Made by a program: the position numbers and the translations under genes
The notes under the pieces: generated by a model
Database searches by the model: none
What the model saw: the letters and a program-made list of their open reading frames with translations, nothing else
What the model was told of the DNA's origin: nothing
Shown: piece by piece, positions 60,112 to 64,000 of the stretch
Layout: every line of letters begins with the position of its first letter
How positions within the stretch are numbered: position 1 is the stretch's first letter
Assembly: GCA_017615055.1 (NCBI GenBank)
Contig: JAGAAW010000133.1
Location: forward strand, 2,463-66,462
DNA length: 64,000 bases
Source: Fibrobacter sp.
Lineage (GTDB): Bacteria; Fibrobacterota; Fibrobacteria; Fibrobacterales; Fibrobacteraceae
Direction of reading: 5' to 3'

Positions 60112-61494
60112 ATGAAGACAATCAAACTCGGGCCGGAATGCTTGACAACCGACTACAAGATGCTGACCGACGAGGCCAAGCAGAAAATCTTTGACATCAG
60201 CGCAAATGCTAAAGAGAAAACGACCATAGAGTTGCCTAAAGGCCTTCTGTTCCTGAACATTACAGATGACGATTGTCCCAAAGACTTCGAGTGGAACGAA
60301 GACGTCTTGGTTAAGATTCCCGCCACGCTTATTGGATATAATTGGTCTAATATTTTAGAAAGCTATCTCAAGATTCCCTCTTTTATGGCTGAAACCAACT
60401 TTGCCTCGGACATGGCAAGTGACAACCAGTACGAAAGTAAGGTTCCAAAACGCAAATTCGCAATTAGCGGCTGCGCACATGGTGGCTACGAACTTTCATA
60501 CAAAAGCGTAGATGACGAAGACGAGGCGAATGAAGTAGCAAGCAATGGCGAAATTGATTGTGATATGTTCTTCGCGGCAATTCCATTTTCAGACGAAGCG
60601 GAAGATAATCAGCAATGGACACTCGAAATTGAAGGCCTTAAACTTGAACTATGCACAGACGACCACGAATCCGGAGTATATTTCAAACTTGGCGGCAAAA
60701 GCTTCAAATTGATATGTCACACATCATACGCCTTTACCTTTGAAGAATCCGTAAACAATTCCGCAGTCGTTCAAAAGATGCACGTGAAGCACAACAGCCG
60801 CGAAGCGGACTTTAAGGAACTTGGCAATTATGATCCAAGTCAACTTAAAGTCTATGGCTCCTGGAGCCTTGGCCTTTGGGCTATGCACTATGGCGACACT
60901 GCCATTTCGTGGACCAGCGGTGGCGATGGCGAAGAAGAAGGCGTCTTCTACTATGACGGCGACGATTACAATAGTTTGGACGTAGAATCCGATGATTGGG
61001 CTTTTGACGATGAATCAGAATCTGGCGATAACGATGATTCTAACGACGGCGATTCCGCAACATCCGACGAAGACGATATCAAACTGAATACGGACGGCAT
61101 GGTCGCAAAAGATCTAGACCATTTGGAAAGCATTGTGCGAAAAGCGCTTGAAACGTTAGGACCCGAATGCGATTTGAATTTCATCGATGTATCCAATGTA
61201 ACGGACATGAACAGCTTATTTTCATGGTCTCCGTTCCATGGCGATATCAGCAAATGGAATGTATCTAGCGTGACAGACATGAGTTGTATGTTTATGGGTT
61301 CTGCATTCGATGGAAATATCAGTTCATGGGATGTTTCTAATGTAACAGATTTTTCCAACATGTTCGACAGGGCAAAAAATTTCAACATCAATTTGAATAC
61401 CTGGAATGTGTCCAAAAGCGCAAACACAGACGACATGTTCAATAGCACACCGCTTGAAGCCGAAGGGAAACTCCCCAAGTGGTATAAGAAATAA
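60112..61494 (+). CDS. Unknown acidic N-terminal domain + Asp/Glu-rich linker + DUF285 module
   Basis: AGGAG RBS; MVAKDLDHL...CDLNFIDVS, repeats, C-cap STPLEAEGKLPKWYKK. Confidence 0.85.
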   Translation: MKTIKLGPECLTTDYKMLTDEAKQKIFDISANAKEKTTIELPKGLLFLNITDDDCPKDFEWNEDVLVKIPATLIGYNWSNILESYLKIPSFMAETNFASDMASDNQYESKVPKRKFAISGCAHGGYELSYKSVDDEDEANEVASNGEIDCDMFFAAIPFSDEAEDNQQWTLEIEGLKLELCTDDHESGVYFKLGGKSFKLICHTSYAFTFEESVNNSAVVQKMHVKHNSREADFKELGNYDPSQLKVYGSWSLGLWAMHYGDTAISWTSGGDGEEEGVFYYDGDDYNSLDVESDDWAFDDESESGDNDDSNDGDSATSDEDDIKLNTDGMVAKDLDHLESIVRKALETLGPECDLNFIDVSNVTDMNSLFSWSPFHGDISKWNVSSVTDMSCMFMGSAFDGNISSWDVSNVTDFSNMFDRAKNFNINLNTWNVSKSANTDDMFNSTPLEAEGKLPKWYKK

Positions 61495-61598
61495 AAAATC
61501 GTATCAGAATAATTGATTAAAGTCTTTTAACTAACACCCATTGTTGTTTGACGCTCGGCGACATCGGGTTTAACAATAGAGCGCATGGAGTAAGAAAT

Positions 61599-61748
61599 AT
61601 GAAATTCCAAATTGAATATATGCTGAAAAACAAACAAGGGATTCTTTTAAAAGAAGTGATCGAAGCCCCTTTCCAGGCTACAGCAGAACAAATATTTGAT
61701 GCTAAATGGAATGGTGCAGCCCAACGCATCCGTACAAAGCACTTGTAA
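61599..61748 (+). CDS. Small hypothetical protein (49 aa)
   Basis: MKFQIEYMLKNKQG...RIRTKHL*; GGAG RBS. Confidence 0.5.
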   Translation: MKFQIEYMLKNKQGILLKEVIEAPFQATAEQIFDAKWNGAAQRIRTKHL

Positions 61749-61809
61749 TAATTTTATTCTATAAAAACATCTTCAAAAGGGAAGAACCCATCTCCCCAAA
61801 GGGTTTCTT

Positions 61810-64000
61810 ATGTTTGATTTTCTCAAGAGAAAAAAGGCTACCAATAAAGAACAGTTGATGCAACTGGTTAAAGAATCTATAGCGAAAAAGGGCGCTTCCT
61901 GCGACTTGAATTTCATTGATGTTTCTCAAGTGACGGACATGAGCCACCTGTTTGAAGAATCTAATTTCAACGGAGATATTAGCAAATGGGATGTGTCTAA
62001 TGTGACCACCATGGAAAAGATGTTCCGCAAATCCAAGTTTAATGGGGATATCAGCAAGTGGGATGTTTCAAATGTCGAAAACATGGAAGGACTTTTCTCT
62101 ACATCTCCTTTCAACGGAAACATCAGCAACTGGAACGTGGCAAAAGTAAAGAATATGCGGAGCATGTTCTATTCTACAAAATTTAATGGAGATATCAGCC
62201 GCTGGGATGTTTCGTCCGTAGAAAACATGCGTTCAATGTTTTATAAATCCGCTTTTACGGGCTGTTTGAGTAATTGGAATGTTTCAAATGTGACAAATAT
62301 GGAGTATATGTTTGCCGCGACCAATTACCAAGGGGATTTGTCTAAATGGGATGTGTCAAATGTGACTAATATGACAGATTTTTTGGCGGGTAGCGACAAC
62401 CCGTTTGACAGTGACTACGATCACGATGTCGGAGATATTACAAATTGGGATTTAAGAAAGGCCGGAAACACTATAGCATCTTTGTTTGCATACAATAAAT
62501 TACCTCCAAATAAGTTGTATGAATTTTTCAAAAAAACATTCAGCCAGATTCCACAAAATAAGGACGAGTTAGTAAAAATTGTGGAAGTCCTGAAAAAAGC
62601 AAATAAAAAACTTCCGACTCCCATAGACCTAAATTTCATTGACGTATCGCATGTTACTGATATGAGTCATCTGTTTGAAGAATGCGATTTTAATGTTGAT
62701 GTCAGCAAGTGGAATGTATCCAATGTGACCACCATGGAAAAGATGTTCCGCAAATCCAAGTTTAACGGAGATGTCAGCCAGTGGAATGTTTCAAAAGTCG
62801 AAAATATGGAAGGGCTTTTCTCTACGTCCGCATTCAATGGAGACGTTTCTAATTGGAATGTGTCAAAAGTAAAGAATATGCGGAGCGTTTTCTATTGCAC
62901 AAAATTTAATGGGGATGTCAGTCGTTGGGATGTTTCGTCCGTAGAAAACATGCGGACAATGTTTAACGAATCCGCTTTTGCTGGTGATTTGAGTAAGTGG
63001 AATGTTTCTAATGTGACTAATATGGACGGCATGTTGCGCAAGTCAAAATTCAATGGCGATGTCAGCCAATGGAATGTGTCTAAAGTAACAATAATGGAAA
63101 CCCTATTCAGCGGCACACCATTCAGCGGAGATGTTTCCAAATGGAATGTTTCTAATGTAAAAAACATGAGCGCAATGTTTTCAAATTCGAAGTTCAATGG
63201 CGATGTATCACATTGGAACGTATCGAATGTAGAGAACATGAGTTTTATGTTCTGGGGAATTAATTTAAGTTGCGACTTGTCTCATTGGAATACCGGTAAG
63301 GTGACGAACATGAAAAAAATGTTCATGAAATCAACCTTCAACGGAGATATTTCCAAATGGGACGTTTCAAATGTAGAGAATATGGAAAGCATGTTTGAGC
63401 AATCCTTATTCAATGGAGACATTAGTCAGTGGAATGTTTCAAAGGTATCTAATATGGAAGGGATGTTTAGAGGTTCCCAGTTCCACGGAGACCTTACAAA
63501 ATGGAATATCTCTGCCAATACAAAAGATATGTTTGCAAATTCCAAGTTTAGCGAAGATGAAGTCAATGCCCTCTTCTGCAAGCCGTTTACGGATCCGCGC
63601 GATGGAGAAACCTATAGGACATGCAAAATTGGGAATCAGATATGGATGGCAGAAAATCTGAGGTATCGCCCAAAGAAAGGAAGCGTGGCATACAATCAGG
63701 ATCCTTCTACTGTGGCAACTTACGGGCGTTTCTATACTTTGGAAGCCGCTCAATCAGCATGTCCACCGGGCTGGCATTTGCCAAGTAACGAGGAATGGAA
63801 AGAACTTTTTGATTTTGTAGAAAAAGAAGGGTACGATATAGGAGATGCCCTGCGTTCGAAAAACTATGACGATGGGATGGATGCCTATGGCTTTTCCGCT
63901 ATTCCTTGTGGAGCTATAGGAAATAGTGAAAGGTCTAGAAAATTATGTCTCTTCCTGACATCGACTTCATCTGAGGTCAGCGAATCAGATTCATATAGCT
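61810..64000 (+). CDS. DUF285/BspA-type repeat protein (two modules) fused to C-terminal FISUMP domain; runs off window end
   Basis: Not in ORF track; hand translation from ATG 61810: MFDFLKRKK...CDLNFIDVS, repeats, second DLNFIDVS near 62630, then FTDPRDGETY, IGNQIWMAENLRY, YGRFY, CPPGWHLP from ~63586. Confidence 0.9.
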   Translation, partial: MFDFLKRKKATNKEQLMQLVKESIAKKGASCDLNFIDVSQVTDMSHLFEESNFNGDISKWDVSNVTTMEKMFRKSKFNGDISKWDVSNVENMEGLFSTSPFNGNISNWNVAKVKNMRSMFYSTKFNGDISRWDVSSVENMRSMFYKSAFTGCLSNWNVSNVTNMEYMFAATNYQGDLSKWDVSNVTNMTDFLAGSDNPFDSDYDHDVGDITNWDLRKAGNTIASLFAYNKLPPNKLYEFFKKTFSQIPQNKDELVKIVEVLKKANKKLPTPIDLNFIDVSHVTDMSHLFEECDFNVDVSKWNVSNVTTMEKMFRKSKFNGDVSQWNVSKVENMEGLFSTSAFNGDVSNWNVSKVKNMRSVFYCTKFNGDVSRWDVSSVENMRTMFNESAFAGDLSKWNVSNVTNMDGMLRKSKFNGDVSQWNVSKVTIMETLFSGTPFSGDVSKWNVSNVKNMSAMFSNSKFNGDVSHWNVSNVENMSFMFWGINLSCDLSHWNTGKVTNMKKMFMKSTFNGDISKWDVSNVENMESMFEQSLFNGDISQWNVSKVSNMEGMFRGSQFHGDLTKWNISANTKDMFANSKFSEDEVNALFCKPFTDPRDGETYRTCKIGNQIWMAENLRYRPKKGSVAYNQDPSTVATYGRFYTLEAAQSACPPGWHLPSNEEWKELFDFVEKEGYDIGDALRSKNYDDGMDAYGFSAIPCGAIGNSERSRKLCLFLTSTSSEVSESDSYS

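Noticed and set aside
43135-64000. CRISPR array suggested by 66-nt periodicity with variable inserts
   Set aside because: Repeats are in-frame coding units with synonymous variation; no invariant direct repeat and no cas genes
43071-64000. Prophage, ICE or integron cassette array
   Set aside because: No integrase, transposase, structural or conjugation genes, and no recurring attC-like intergenic repeat seen; only composition shift and gene-end scars

Overview
Bacterial chromosome window, almost certainly Fibrobacter (fibro-slime proteins, Fib_succ_major/FISUMP domains, Fibrobacter-type C-terminal sorting tails). About 1-43 kb is GC-rich core genome: GIY-YIG nuclease, nhaA, UDG-family glycosylase, rsmA, a large cadherin surface protein, ABC-class ATPase, PEGA/LPP20-like/DUF6175-like envelope genes, a two-component system, pfkA, pta, two tandem fibro-slime paralogues, a doubled RNase E/G, HAD, M23 peptidase, dnaN, Dcu transporter, ttcA, dxs and a DUF4434-like hydrolase. 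About 43-64 kb is a visibly more AT-rich accessory region. It holds seven signal-peptide-less DUF285/BspA-type 22-aa repeat proteins with swappable terminal modules, two YubB/Api92-like proteins, a GH11 with an altered catalytic residue, a triple CCCH mini-protein, a four-gene collagen/Cys-repeat/FISUMP lipoprotein operon and an aspartokinase 3' remnant. Best leads: (1) the apparently cytoplasmic, modular, variable DUF285 repertoire; (2) a single-chain RNase G pseudo-dimer with complementary degeneration of its halves; (3) a graded-length lipoprotein fibre operon with a glycosylation-like motif in most repeats; (4) TANNNT boxes 6-9 nt before many start codons, suggesting leaderless expression. 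I recognised no rRNA, tRNA, CRISPR array, integrase, transposase or reverse transcriptase. All family assignments come from motif recognition, not database searches.
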